A DNA stretch of 64,000 bases, taken from assembly GCA_963737265.1 (NCBI GenBank), contig CAVTRY010000016.1, forward strand, positions 192,001-256,000, given 5' to 3'. Under the pieces are notes generated by a model. It was given only the letters and a program-made list of their open reading frames with translations. It searched no databases and had not been told where the DNA came from. A program made the position numbers and the translations under genes. The DNA is from an uncultured delta proteobacterium (GTDB taxonomy: Bacteria > Myxococcota_A > Polyangia > Fen-1088). Shown one piece after another: positions 10,161 through 20,120 of this stretch; the first letter of the stretch is position 1; each line of letters opens with the position of its first letter.

Positions 10161-10928
10161 TCAGCGCTTGTCGTACTCGTCATGACGGCGCCACCAGAGT
10201 CCCGTCTCGTTGCGTCCCTTGGGCGTGCGATCGAGCCACTGGTACATGCCCCAGAGGCCGTCCAGCCCGCGCGCGTAGGTGGAGTAGGTGTGGTAAACGA
10301 CGCCGTCCTCGAGCGCGAACGCGCTCATGCCCGGCCGCTCGCGGAAGAACGTCGGCCAGTCGGTTCCGACGCCGGCGGCGATCGCGGCGCCGATGGTACC
10401 TCCGCCCGACTCGGCGATCGCCTTCTCGTCCTGGGGTGTGAAGTTGTACTCCCCAACACGCAGCCGCTGCTGCTCTTCGGTGATCCCGACCCCGAAGTCG
10501 TGGTTGAAGTCGCTTCCGAATGACGACGCCCACGGGAAGCTCCAGCCCATGCGGCGCTTGTAGGCTTGTACCTTCGCCAGCGGCGCCCGCGACACGGCGG
10601 TGAGCATGACGTCGTGATTCGCTAGGTGGACGGCGAAGCCGTCGAAGCCGTCCGCAATCGCCGAGCACGACGGGCAGCCGGCCTGGTAGTCGGGCCCGAG
10701 CATGAAGTGGTAGACGAGGAGCTGCGACCGCCCCTGGAAGAGGTCGGCCAGCCTAGCGCTCCCGTCGTCGATTTCGAATCGGTACTCCTTGTCGATCCGG
10801 ACCCAGGGCAGCTCCTGCCGTCGGCGCGCCAGCTCGTCGCTCTGCCGGGTGAGCGCCTTCTCCTCCTTGAGCAGCTCGAGCCGGGCCGCGCGCCATTCTT
10901 GCCGTGTCCCTATCTTGTGGTTCATCAT
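10161..10928 (-). CDS. DUF899 family (thioredoxin-like) protein
   Basis: RRRQELPWV, LADLFQGRSQLLVYHFM, GCPSCS, YHTYSTYARG, LDRTPKGRNE, RRHDEY. Confidence 0.92.
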   Translation of the reverse strand: MMNHKIGTRQEWRAARLELLKEEKALTRQSDELARRRQELPWVRIDKEYRFEIDDGSARLADLFQGRSQLLVYHFMLGPDYQAGCPSCSAIADGFDGFAVHLANHDVMLTAVSRAPLAKVQAYKRRMGWSFPWASSFGSDFNHDFGVGITEEQQRLRVGEYNFTPQDEKAIAESGGGTIGAAIAAGVGTDWPTFFRERPGMSAFALEDGVVYHTYSTYARGLDGLWGMYQWLDRTPKGRNETGLWWRRHDEYDKR

Positions 10929-11120
10929 GAGTCCTCTCCGTCTGGTCGTCGTGTTGGTCTGACCGAGAAGGGTGGAATCCAGTTCACCTTCATGGGTAGA
11001 TCCCGAACGTCAGATGCCTCAAGCGGCAGTCGCGTTACCGATGAAGTGCGGGTTCGTCCACCAGCGAATGCTTATGATCGCGGATCACGGGCGCGTCGAT
11101 CGCGAGACCCGCACCGGTGA

Positions 11121-12854
11121 ATGCGTGATAGATTGCACGTGATGACCGCGGCCAACGCCAACCGGCACCCCGCTGGCCTGGTGGGCTCGTTAGCCAGTGC
11201 CGCGATAGCCTCCTTCTTGTGTTTCGGGGCGTTGCAGCTCTTCATCCACCCCGCCTGCGCCTACGATGCGCAGCAACCGGTCTTCTTCGCCACGACCGAA
11301 TTTCTCGCCAATCATCTGGCGGTGCCGGGCGGTCCGAGTGAGTACCTCGGTCTCTTCCTCTCGCAAGCCTGGTACTTTGGCGCTCTCGGCTCTGCGGTTT
11401 CCGCTCTCGTCATCTTCCTGATCCTCGGCGCCTACGGCGTCGCTGTCAGAATGATGTCGTGGCGCGCTCGGCCGCTGCTCTCGATCTTGCCGGCGGTTCC
11501 GCTCATCTGCATGCACTGTTCGTACTACCACCCGATGAAGGCCGACATCGTTGTGCTGTTTACTCTTTTGGGCGCCATTGGCTATTGTGCGCTGCGGACG
11601 TCGTCACCGGTCGCGAAGCGGTTCGCCTGGATGTCGTTCCTCTTGCTGGTGCTTTGGGCGGCTGGAAGCCTGGGCATGGTTCTGTTTGCCGCATTTTCGG
11701 TAGCGCTTGAGGCCCGGCCCTGGAGCAGAGGAGCCTGGCTTGCCATCACTTTCCAGATCGCCGCAGGCGCTTTGCTGCTTTGGGGCATCGGAGCGCTAGC
11801 CATCGCACGTCCATTCCAGGAATTGCTCTCGTTTTCCGCGATGGCCTCGGCCTGGCTGATCCCGTCCGTCCTCCTGGTGCTCGTGGTCACCTTGGCCCCG
11901 CTCATTGCGCTTTTACCGACCGTGACGGTGTCGCCTTGGCCGCCGACTTTGCGGACGATACTTGGCCATGGCGCGGTCTACATGCTGCTCGTGTGTGCCA
12001 GCGCGGCTGGCATTGAGCTTTGTCTTGATAGAGAGGCCCGGCGGCACTTTCTCTTCGACCGTCTTGCCCAAGAAGGAAAGTGGTCGGAAATCCTGCGCGA
12101 TGCCGCCCAGAGCGAGTCCGAACCACGTTCTTCGCAGCCGTTCGACAGTTTCTACACGACACGGGCTCTGTATCACAGCGGCAAGCTACTCGAAACACTG
12201 GTCTTTTCGCATCCTGCCAGCCCGTTAAACGGCCTTGCTTTTCCGCCACCGGAAGAAAACGGCGAAACGATCCTCGCCAATGGCGATCTGTTCTTTGAAA
12301 TGGGCGCGGTGGGGCACGCCATCCGATTTGCGAGCGAAGCGATTGCGTTCTACGGATATTCTCCGCGACTTCTGCAAAGACTGGCCCTCTGCTATGCGGC
12401 AGAAGGGAAGATCGAGATGGCCCGATCCATGACCGCCATGCTAAAGCGGACCCTCATCGAGCGCGCCTGGGCACTCTCTTTCGCAAGGCAACTCGACGAC
12501 GCCAAGGAACTCGCCGGGAACGCGACGATTGCTCGTTTGCGGCGGCTCAATCCGAGGTCGGTTTTCATATCTCAACCGACCACTCTTGCCTACGAATTCC
12601 GTCACATCTGGTCGAGCGGGGCGACCTACAACAGGATGGCAATGGAGTACTTCCTCGCATCGGCGCCCCAGCTCATCGGACAATATCTAGATTTTATGGC
12701 GCTGGCGAGTGATTGTAAAGTGGGCGACACACGGTCCTGTGAACGTTGCAAGTCCGAGTTTGGGCAGACGTTCTGGTACAACCAATTCACCCGTTTGCCT
12801 GATCTATTCGACCTGACTCCGACGGCCGGCGAAGGCGGCGACGCCGCGCTATGA
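11121..12854 (+). CDS. DUF6057-like multi-TM membrane protein with TPR-like C-terminal region
   Basis: QQPVFF..PGGPSEYLGLFLSQ N-terminal motif; MAMEYFLA; FGQTFWY at the C-terminus; overlaps the downstream propeller gene (ATGA). Confidence 0.7.
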   Translation: MRDRLHVMTAANANRHPAGLVGSLASAAIASFLCFGALQLFIHPACAYDAQQPVFFATTEFLANHLAVPGGPSEYLGLFLSQAWYFGALGSAVSALVIFLILGAYGVAVRMMSWRARPLLSILPAVPLICMHCSYYHPMKADIVVLFTLLGAIGYCALRTSSPVAKRFAWMSFLLLVLWAAGSLGMVLFAAFSVALEARPWSRGAWLAITFQIAAGALLLWGIGALAIARPFQELLSFSAMASAWLIPSVLLVLVVTLAPLIALLPTVTVSPWPPTLRTILGHGAVYMLLVCASAAGIELCLDREARRHFLFDRLAQEGKWSEILRDAAQSESEPRSSQPFDSFYTTRALYHSGKLLETLVFSHPASPLNGLAFPPPEENGETILANGDLFFEMGAVGHAIRFASEAIAFYGYSPRLLQRLALCYAAEGKIEMARSMTAMLKRTLIERAWALSFARQLDDAKELAGNATIARLRRLNPRSVFISQPTTLAYEFRHIWSSGATYNRMAMEYFLASAPQLIGQYLDFMALASDCKVGDTRSCERCKSEFGQTFWYNQFTRLPDLFDLTPTAGEGGDAAL

Positions 12855-13314
12855 AAAGGTCTCTCGTCACCTGGGGCCTCACCCCTTGCCTGATGATGGT
12901 CATTGCCAATCTCACAGGCTGCTCTGGAAAGGGTCCGGTAAGTCCGGTTGCGCTGGTGGATTCCTATCCATCGATCTTCCCCGACTATAACGGAACCGAG
13001 GTGCCGCCCAACATAGCGCCGCTCAACTTCGTCATCCAAGAGCGCGGGTACGAATTTCACGTGGTGCTAAAAGGCGCCGCAGGCGAGTCGCTTATCGTTC
13101 GATCGAGCAACCCCGTCATCCAGTTTCCCGCCGAAAAGTGGCACGCTCTGGTCAGCCGCTCTGCCGGCGCAAGCTTTGCCATGGAAATAAGTGTGCGACG
13201 GGAACAGGGTTGGGTCAGCTTCAAACCGTTGCGCAATGCCGTCGCGCGGGAGCCCATCGACCCGTACCTTGTTTACCGTCTGATCAATCCTGGCTATGAA
13301 GGGTGGTCCGAAAT

Positions 13315-14602
13315 CAGGGTCATCGCATCATCCCACATCGGGTTGGGCCATGAGGACTTGCAGAATGAAGTCCTGATCCCATGCCGCGCGCATTCGGCGA
13401 AGCCTGATGCTGAGCCTGCAGTCTTTGACTGATTTGAGGAGGTTGAGTGAGATGTGGCGCATCACTGCAAAGTTCTGGGCGGCGTTGCCGGCGCGAACAC
13501 GGCATTCGTCCTCACGGAAAGTGACGTCGAGAACCCAGTGCAATTCATTTTCGATTCCCCAGTGCTTCCGAGCGGCGTCGAGAGCGGCATCTGCTGGGAG
13601 GTTCTTTCGCGAACTGATGTAGTAGCGGCACTCGGTTGAAGTGTGCCCCGAGACCGTGCGCTCGGACTCGATCAATACCAAGCTGCTCAGACCCGTCCAT
13701 TCCTGGTACTGGGAGATGCTCTCGACCATGTTTGTGGTCCAGCACCGGCGAACCTCGGTTCGTCCGTGCCCAACATCGCGTGTCTCGTGAAAATCCACGT
13801 CCAATCCCGTCGGGTCGCGACGACAATGCGCGAAGATTGTCGTCACTTCAGCGCTGAGCGTGGGTTGGTTCTCCTTCACCGCGAGCAGGTAATCCGCGTC
13901 GGCGTCCTGGATATCTGCGGTGATCTGCTTCTGGCAGCCCATCGCATCGATAGTTACTAGACAGCCCTTGATCTTCAGGAGCTTGAGCAACCGCGGAATG
14001 GCAGTGATCTCGTTGGATTTCTCCTCTGTCTTGACCTGCCCAAGAACCACGTGGTTGTTGGTGGCCCAGGCACTAACCATGTGGACGAAAGCGTGGCTGC
14101 CGGCCTCTTGGAAGGATCGTCGCAGCGTCTTGCCGTCGATGGCCACGACCTCGCCTTTCGTGAGTCGCGCCACGCTCAAGATCCACTGCCGGAACCTCTC
14201 AGCCAGGGCATCTGGATTCAGGGCTGCAAACACCCTCCCGATGGTGTCGTGTGTGGGAATCCCGCCGCGCAGACCGATAAACGTTCGTAACCAGGCTTCT
14301 CTTGCCCGCCCATAGGTCTCGATAGCACAGAAGGAGTCAGCACCACAGACCACGGCACACAACGATAGCATCAGGATGTCCGTCAGCGCGTGGTGCCGCG
14401 TCCGCTCCACCCGCGGATCCGGCACCGACGCGAAGTACTCCAGGATCGATGCCGCCAGCTCTTCCTTTTCTCGTTCCGCCACGGTTGTTCGCTTCATGAC
14501 TTACGAACAAGCCACGATATCGCCCTTCAATCAAAAAACGTTCCTCTCTGGTGCGCCGGCTATACCGCGAAGATCGTTCGGGATTTAGATGCGATGACCC
14601 TG
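13315..14602 (-). mobile_element. ISAs1-family insertion sequence (1288 bp)
   Basis: 15-bp perfect TIRs CAGGGTCATCGCATC (13315-13329, 14588-14602); 10-bp TSD GGTCCGAAAT (13305-13314, 14603-14612). Confidence 0.95.
13328..14497 (-). CDS. ISAs1-family transposase
   Basis: VPDPR, IPTHDT, AIDGKTLR, KSNEITAIP, TIDAMGCQ, VKENQ, GHGRTE, HWGIENELHWVLDVTFRED. Confidence 0.96.
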   Translation of the reverse strand: MKRTTVAEREKEELAASILEYFASVPDPRVERTRHHALTDILMLSLCAVVCGADSFCAIETYGRAREAWLRTFIGLRGGIPTHDTIGRVFAALNPDALAERFRQWILSVARLTKGEVVAIDGKTLRRSFQEAGSHAFVHMVSAWATNNHVVLGQVKTEEKSNEITAIPRLLKLLKIKGCLVTIDAMGCQKQITADIQDADADYLLAVKENQPTLSAEVTTIFAHCRRDPTGLDVDFHETRDVGHGRTEVRRCWTTNMVESISQYQEWTGLSSLVLIESERTVSGHTSTECRYYISSRKNLPADAALDAARKHWGIENELHWVLDVTFREDECRVRAGNAAQNFAVMRHISLNLLKSVKDCRLSIRLRRMRAAWDQDFILQVLMAQPDVG

Positions 14603-15777
14603 GGTCCGAAATGGGGATCTACCAGCGCGACCTGGAATCCTTCAGCGAGACACCGATTCTGAAAAACGATGCCATCGATCACGCTTGCATCAATTGCCAC
14701 TCGTTCCGCGGCAACGATCCAGCCACGATGACCCTGCAATTGCGGAAGGCTCACGCTGGCACCCTGGTCTGCCGAAACAACCAGGTCGAGAAGATAGACA
14801 CGAAGAACGAGCACATGCCGGGCCCAGGGGCCTACTCCTCGTGGCATCCGAGCGGCTCGGCGATAGCGTTCTCTACCAACAGCATCGCCCAGGTCTTCCC
14901 TTCGAGCGCGGCGTGGCACATCGAAGTGTTCGATAAGGCGTCCGACCTCATGGTGTATGACGTGATTTCGGGTACAGCTTCAACTTCGGCATCGATATCG
15001 ACACCGGGCCTCGAAAATCTGCCTGCGTGGTCACCCGATGGGAAGTATCTCTACTATTGTCGCGCGGCCCGCCCGCAGAGCCCGAGATTCGTCATCGATA
15101 AAGCTTCGGGTGGCATCTTGGTCGAGCAGTCGAACGGATCCTGGGAGAGCGACAGCGCGGATCCCCAGGACGAAAGCCCTGGAGATGTGTGGGTCAAGGA
15201 TTTCAAGCAGCGGCAGTACGATCTGATGCGGATCCCCTACGCCGTCGACTCGAAGACCTGGGGGACTCCCGAGCCTGTGCTGCTGGCGCGAGACGCCGGC
15301 AAGAGCATCGCATTCCCACGCGTGTCGCCCGACGGTCGGTACCTCATGTTCGTCATGTCGGCCTTCGGCTATTTCACCATTCACCATGCGGATGCCGACC
15401 TGTACCTGATGGACCTGACCACCCGGAGCTATCGGCGTCTCGACGAGGTGAACAGCGACGATGTGGAAAGCTTCCACTCGTGGTCATCGAACGGCCGCTG
15501 GTTCGTGTTTAGCAGCAAGCGGCTCGACGGGATACGCGCCAGGCCGTTTTTGGCGTACTTCGATTCGGCGGGTGTGGCGCGCAAGCCTTTCCTTCTGCCT
15601 CAGAAGGATCCGGGCACCTATTCCGCGACTTCCATGACCTACAATATTCCCGAGCTCGTCACCGGAAAGGTGCCCTTTTCGGAACGCCTGCTTCGTGACC
15701 GTGCCATCGGACCGGCCAGGCCCGTTGCGCTAGTGCAATAGGGGCGGTCGTCACGGAGACGGCATGCGAGCGCTACT

Positions 15778-17025
15778 TCAAGAAACTTTCCAGCGCCCCC
15801 AAATGGTGCTCCGAAAGCCGCCGGTTGCGCGGCCCGCAACCATCACAGCCTTGCGGCCGGGATGCGCGGCTGCGCCCGGACTGGCCCCGACTGGCACCCT
15901 GGTCAGAATGCGGGTCAGTTCGCCGAGGTCGAGAGCTGTCGGCACCGCGCACGTGCGCCAGTGCCCGCAGCCGGAGGATTCGAGCAGAACGCACTGGGCA
16001 GGCAGGCCTTGCGCGCGAGCTCGCCAGCCAGCGCCCACCAATCCGGGGACGCAGGCCACGCCGACGATCCCAACGTTGCCCCCAGCCAACGCGGGCGAGC
16101 GAAGGAATCTGCCAAAATCCGAGCCGTGCAGAACGGCCAGGGCCCGGGCACCGACGCGGGCCGCGACGGCGGTCGCATCGGATACCGTGCAGCCCTCGGT
16201 ACAGCCCGTGCAGCTTAGCTCTGTGTCCGAGCGGCGGGCAGCACACTCGGCGTCCATTCGGCGGCGCGCGCAGCCGGGTAGCACCACCACGTGGCGCCCG
16301 CAGGCGAGAAAGTCTTCGCGCCAGGCGCGATTGAGGATCTCGGCACCCACCATGTTGAAATGGTACTCCACACGACGGCGCGAGCACTGAACGGTATCTT
16401 CGCGCTGGCCACGCAGGGGTAGCGTGCGGCGGAGAAAGCGATCCACGCGGGCAGTGAAGATGCCAAGGGTGCTTTCGCTGGCCGTTTCGAATTGGATGGC
16501 AAAGGCCACCAGCGCGCGCAGGAACACGCCTGCCCATGTGGGATGGGCGGCGAAGAAGGCTTGCCACCCCGCGAGACGCCCAAGCTCGTCATCGTATTCG
16601 CCCGAGGCGAGGAGCCACTCGGCGAGGCGGGCAAAATCCGCGACGCTAGGGTCGCTTCGGCCAGCCGTGAAGGGTGCATCGAGCGCGAGAAGCGCCGCCC
16701 TGGATCCGTCGCGCCGACGGCCACAGCCCGCGCGCCGCTCGCCCGCCAGCTCCTCGACCCAAGCGTTGCGTTTGCGATCCTCCGCCGTGGCTTCGTGTCC
16801 GCGTGCCCGCCAAAGCACGCCTACCATGAGCGCTTCCAGCACATACTCCTCATGAGATCGTCGCCGCTCTCGTCCGGTCGCCTCGACCAATCGACCGTAG
16901 GCGTCGAGGAAAGCGCGCAATGGCTCGCTTTGGGCAAGGACCTCATCGGCGAGGGCAGCGACTGCCTTCTGGTAAGCGCCAGGAGCGGCGGCAATAGGAC
17001 GGAGCGTGTAGGTTGGGTGGTCCAT
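15778..17025 (-). CDS. DUF116-domain Cys-rich protein
   Basis: VVLPGCAR..CAA..CTGCTEGCTV; IVGVAC; GCGHW; start ATG 17025 downstream of a sigma54 promoter. Confidence 0.7.
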   Translation of the reverse strand: MDHPTYTLRPIAAAPGAYQKAVAALADEVLAQSEPLRAFLDAYGRLVEATGRERRRSHEEYVLEALMVGVLWRARGHEATAEDRKRNAWVEELAGERRAGCGRRRDGSRAALLALDAPFTAGRSDPSVADFARLAEWLLASGEYDDELGRLAGWQAFFAAHPTWAGVFLRALVAFAIQFETASESTLGIFTARVDRFLRRTLPLRGQREDTVQCSRRRVEYHFNMVGAEILNRAWREDFLACGRHVVVLPGCARRRMDAECAARRSDTELSCTGCTEGCTVSDATAVAARVGARALAVLHGSDFGRFLRSPALAGGNVGIVGVACVPGLVGAGWRARAQGLPAQCVLLESSGCGHWRTCAVPTALDLGELTRILTRVPVGASPGAAAHPGRKAVMVAGRATGGFRSTIWGRWKVS

Positions 17026-17047
17026 CGTGGGCCTCGCTGCTTCACCT

Positions 17048-17063
17048 AGCACGGACGATGCCA
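17048..17063 (-). promoter_or_regulatory. sigma54 -24/-12 promoter for the DUF116 gene
   Basis: Minus strand TGGCATCGTCCGTGCT (GG-N10-GC). Confidence 0.7.
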
Positions 17064-17099
17064 GTGCGAAGCCGCGCAACTCCGAGGGGTTGCAGCGCC

Positions 17100-17131
17100 C
17101 CGGACACTTGTCCGCGTCCGGTGCGGACAGG
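17100..17131. promoter_or_regulatory. Putative enhancer-binding-protein site (TGTCCG/CGGACA boxes), left copy
   Basis: CCGGACACTTGTCCGCGTCCGGTGCGGACAGG; near-identical inverted copy at 17516-17546. Confidence 0.6.
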
Positions 17132-17155
17132 TGCTCGGGAGCCCTGGCATTCTCT

Positions 17156-17490
17156 TCAGCGCACGCGGCGTTCGAAGGAAAGGCCCAGTCGCTCCATGCG
17201 CCGGTAAAGGGCCTGCCTGGAAAGCCCCATCTCGGCCGCCGCGCGCGACACAACGCCGCGCGCGCGGCCCAGCGCCTCTTCGATGGCGGCCCGCTCGGCA
17301 GCGTCGGCGCTGTTCGTTGGCGTAGCGGCGGCTGGCTTGGCTGTCGGCGCAGATGTTGACACCGGAGCTCGCGAAAGTCGGCTGATTTCAACATCGCCCG
17401 TCGGCAACGCCAGCGCCGCCGCGCCAATGCGCAGCCCGGCCTCGACCAGCACTGCGCGCTGGATGCGATTCTGTAACTCGCGCACGTCTA
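17156..17490 (-). pseudogene. C-terminal remnant of a sigma54-dependent activator (end of AAA domain + Fis HTH)
   Basis: VRELQNRIQRAVL and IEEAL..GVVSRAAAEMGLSRQALYRRMERLGL; no Walker A or GAFTGA upstream. Confidence 0.8.
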
Positions 17491-17515
17491 CCCCGGTCAC
17501 TTGTTCACTTCGCCG

Positions 17516-17546
17516 CCTGTCCGCCCGGACGCGGACAAATGTCCGG
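17516..17546. promoter_or_regulatory. Putative enhancer-binding-protein site, right copy
   Basis: CCTGTCCGCCCGGACGCGGACAAATGTCCGG, inverted relative to 17100-17131. Confidence 0.6.
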
Positions 17547-17589
17547 CTCTGCTCGGCAAGAGATCCGCAGCTTTACGCCAAGCTGGCTT

Positions 17590-17605
17590 TGGCATAGTGC
17601 GTGCT
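17590..17605 (+). promoter_or_regulatory. sigma54 -24/-12 promoter
   Basis: TGGCATAGTGCGTGCT (GG-N10-GC), followed by AAGGAG RBS and ATG 17631. Confidence 0.7.
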
Positions 17606-17630
17606 GTACGTCAGTCGCACAAGGAGAACC

Positions 17631-17855
17631 ATGGACACCAGCACGCTCAAGGATCGCACCGCCATCTGTGGAATCGACTGCTTCAACTGCGAGTTCTTTC
17701 ACACCAATATCGATGCATTCCTTGCCAATATGCCGCCCGAACGAAAACGCGGCTTCGAAGCACGCGGCATGACCATCGAGAAGGTACGCTGCAACTTCAC
17801 CTCGTCCTGTCGATCGCGGCAAGGCCATCCTTCGCTTCCGAATAGTCTGGCCTGA
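17631..17855 (+). pseudogene. Truncated DUF3795-like Cys-rich protein
   Basis: AICGIDCFNC motif; similarity appears to end at KVRC (~17795), where the frame runs into the convergent gene. Confidence 0.55.
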
Positions 17856-19923
17856 CGCGAATTGCCTCCTTGTAGAACCGCTTGGCCTCGGTCCGTTGAC
17901 CGAGCCGTTCATGGACCTTTCCGAGGAGATAGCAGAGCACTGCATTGTTCGGGTCCTGGCGGTGTACCTCGGTGAGATGGACAAGCGCAGCAGGATACTT
18001 GTCGGCCGCCAGATAGCACTGCCCCAGGTTGAGGTGGGCGTAGATATTGCCAGGCTCTAACTTCAGGGCGGCCTCGTACTGCCCAATCGCCTGCAAACGC
18101 TCTCCCCGCTTCAAGAAGACGTTACCGACGTTGATATGCCCGATTGCGGAAGCGGAATCGAGGCGGATGGCTTCGTTGTAGTGGATCATGGCCTCGTCGC
18201 TGTTACTCGCTTCCAGCGAATTGCCAAGACCGATGTGTGCCTTGACATTGCTCGGGTTGAGCTTCAGCGCTTCCCTAAACCGCTCTGCTGCGGCCGGGAG
18301 ATCCCCGGCCTCCATGAGCGCCATGCCCGAGCGCCAAAGCGAGACATCGTCGATGAAGCGCGGGCTGATGTGCTCGATGGCTCCCGGCGCGGCGGAAACG
18401 AATTCCGGAATATTGGCCGCGCGGTCGGGCGTGGCGAAGTGTTCCAGAAGCACGGCCGGCGCGTCGATCCCATTCTCGTCAATGTGCGCGACGAAGAGCT
18501 GGGTATAGGCCGAATTGGCCTTTGAAGAAAAAATGAGCCACCTGCTATTCGAAGACCAACTGTGCCAGGAGTTCATTCGCGCGGTATTGCACCGCAATAG
18601 CCGCGGCTCGCCTCCGGCGGTGGGCATGATGTAGAGCCTACTGTCCGGCTGCAGGAGCATGAAGCTGTTCGCCCTGCAAAACACAATCCACCGACCATCG
18701 GGTGAGAATCGGGCGAAATAGTTACTCATGCCGTTGCCAGACGCGCCTACAAGCGGCTCGGCAACGCCACCTTTGCCGCCATTGAACGGGATACGGTACA
18801 GGTCGAATCTAAAAAGAGTCTGGCCGTCGACGAACTCCTTGCACTCCTCGGGCGTGAGAAGCGCGTTCTGCTTGCTGTGGAGATTCTTGAGCTGATAGGC
18901 GGCACTGCGCGCAAACACGATGGATTGGCCGTCAGGACTCCAGACCGGGTTTGATTGTACAAAAGCGCTATCGTCGGCACCTGGAAGCGAGCTGAAGGTC
19001 TTCGTCGTACTGTCATAAACGGCCAGGATCCCTTGAATTGGGAAGAAGAGCTGCGAGAACGCAAGATTGGGTCGGGCCACGAATACCGAGCGATCCTTCA
19101 CCGTGCTCACCACGAATCTACCGTCCGGCGAGACCTGGGAGAGCAGACCAAAAGTCGGAGTGTCTGGGTCGCGCTTGTAATCGCTCCACGTGATGATGTC
19201 GCTTGTTACGAGGTTCATCTCCTTGGCTACCCTGGACAGGGTATAGGCGGCCTTGTCGTTCCCATAGTCGACATCCATGCCCAGCACCTTGCCGTCTGCG
19301 GAAAACGAGTGGCAGTTGCCACACACCGGCAGGTTCTCCAGGACCACCGGTGGCGGGCTGTCGTTTGCTATAGAGCCGTAACGCCAGCGAATGCGCGTAG
19401 GGTCCTTGACCGCGTCGCTGAAAGGCAGGACGACCTCCCGGTAGAAAACCGAGTCGCTCAAAGGGTCTTTGCTCGTAGTGAAGGAAACCGTGCCCTGCGA
19501 GTAAGTATCGGTGCCCTTGTGCAAACCGCCACCCGTCACGCTAACCACCGCCTTTCCATCCGCCGAGTTCCTCTTCATCAATTCCCACTGCTCGGGCGAG
19601 GGCCTCCAGGTCGGCGTACGAACAAAACTCTCGAGCTGCGCCTTCGACCGGTCGAATCTGACCGTCACGAGCCACTCGTGTGCCGCGGATTCGGAATCGG
19701 TCCAGCGAAACCGTGGCGCGACAATTTCTCTGGGGAATATGGCGTTGTCAAAAGGATAGGTGATGGTCAGCGCGTTCAAAGGCTGACGTTGTGTAATCGC
19801 TCGACGTATCCGGTAGGCCCTCAAGCGGTCTTGTTGCGACACGAAGCCGACGGCCAACAACGTGCCAACGAGAGCGACGAGCAGCAGGAGCCATGGCTTG
19901 CGGCGGTTTCTGGTTCCTCGCAT
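17797..19923 (-). CDS. TolB-like PD40 beta-propeller protein with CxxCH motif and C-terminal TPRs
   Basis: N-terminal TM; ITYPFDNAIFP; CGNCHSFS; VSPDG, VWSPDG, FSPDG, HSWSSNS; AANIPEF; several TPRs. Confidence 0.85.
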   Translation of the reverse strand: MRGTRNRRKPWLLLLVALVGTLLAVGFVSQQDRLRAYRIRRAITQRQPLNALTITYPFDNAIFPREIVAPRFRWTDSESAAHEWLVTVRFDRSKAQLESFVRTPTWRPSPEQWELMKRNSADGKAVVSVTGGGLHKGTDTYSQGTVSFTTSKDPLSDSVFYREVVLPFSDAVKDPTRIRWRYGSIANDSPPPVVLENLPVCGNCHSFSADGKVLGMDVDYGNDKAAYTLSRVAKEMNLVTSDIITWSDYKRDPDTPTFGLLSQVSPDGRFVVSTVKDRSVFVARPNLAFSQLFFPIQGILAVYDSTTKTFSSLPGADDSAFVQSNPVWSPDGQSIVFARSAAYQLKNLHSKQNALLTPEECKEFVDGQTLFRFDLYRIPFNGGKGGVAEPLVGASGNGMSNYFARFSPDGRWIVFCRANSFMLLQPDSRLYIMPTAGGEPRLLRCNTARMNSWHSWSSNSRWLIFSSKANSAYTQLFVAHIDENGIDAPAVLLEHFATPDRAANIPEFVSAAPGAIEHISPRFIDDVSLWRSGMALMEAGDLPAAAERFREALKLNPSNVKAHIGLGNSLEASNSDEAMIHYNEAIRLDSASAIGHINVGNVFLKRGERLQAIGQYEAALKLEPGNIYAHLNLGQCYLAADKYPAALVHLTEVHRQDPNNAVLCYLLGKVHERLGQRTEAKRFYKEAIRVRPDYSEAKDGLAAIDRTR

Positions 19924-20120
19924 GACGTCTCGATTCCCAGCACGTCCGGCTGACCCGGTTTGTTGGACGAGCTTCTTATGCCGCGATTGAGGCCTGATAG
20001 GCAAGCACTATTGAAGACATGCCGTGCGAGTAGCCAGGCCCACGCCGCCGCGTCAGTCGCGGGCGACAAAGGTGAAGTGAACGCGGCCGTCGGCAGGCGA
20101 AAGCGCGGGCGCATCCCAGG

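Larger units (their letters stand above)
12851..15741 (+). pseudogene. TolB-like PD40 beta-propeller lipoprotein interrupted by ISAs1 (pieces 12851-13314 and 14613-15741)
   Basis: IFPDYNG..PPNIAPLNF; removing the IS and one TSD restores YRLINPGYEGWSEMGIYQRDL; CINCHSF; SWHPSG, PAWSPDG, PRVSPDG, HSWSSNG. Confidence 0.88.

Noticed and set aside
10929-11120. Possible riboswitch or ncRNA between DUF899 and DUF6057
   Set aside because: No recognisable conserved structure; more likely the tail of a lost upstream gene.
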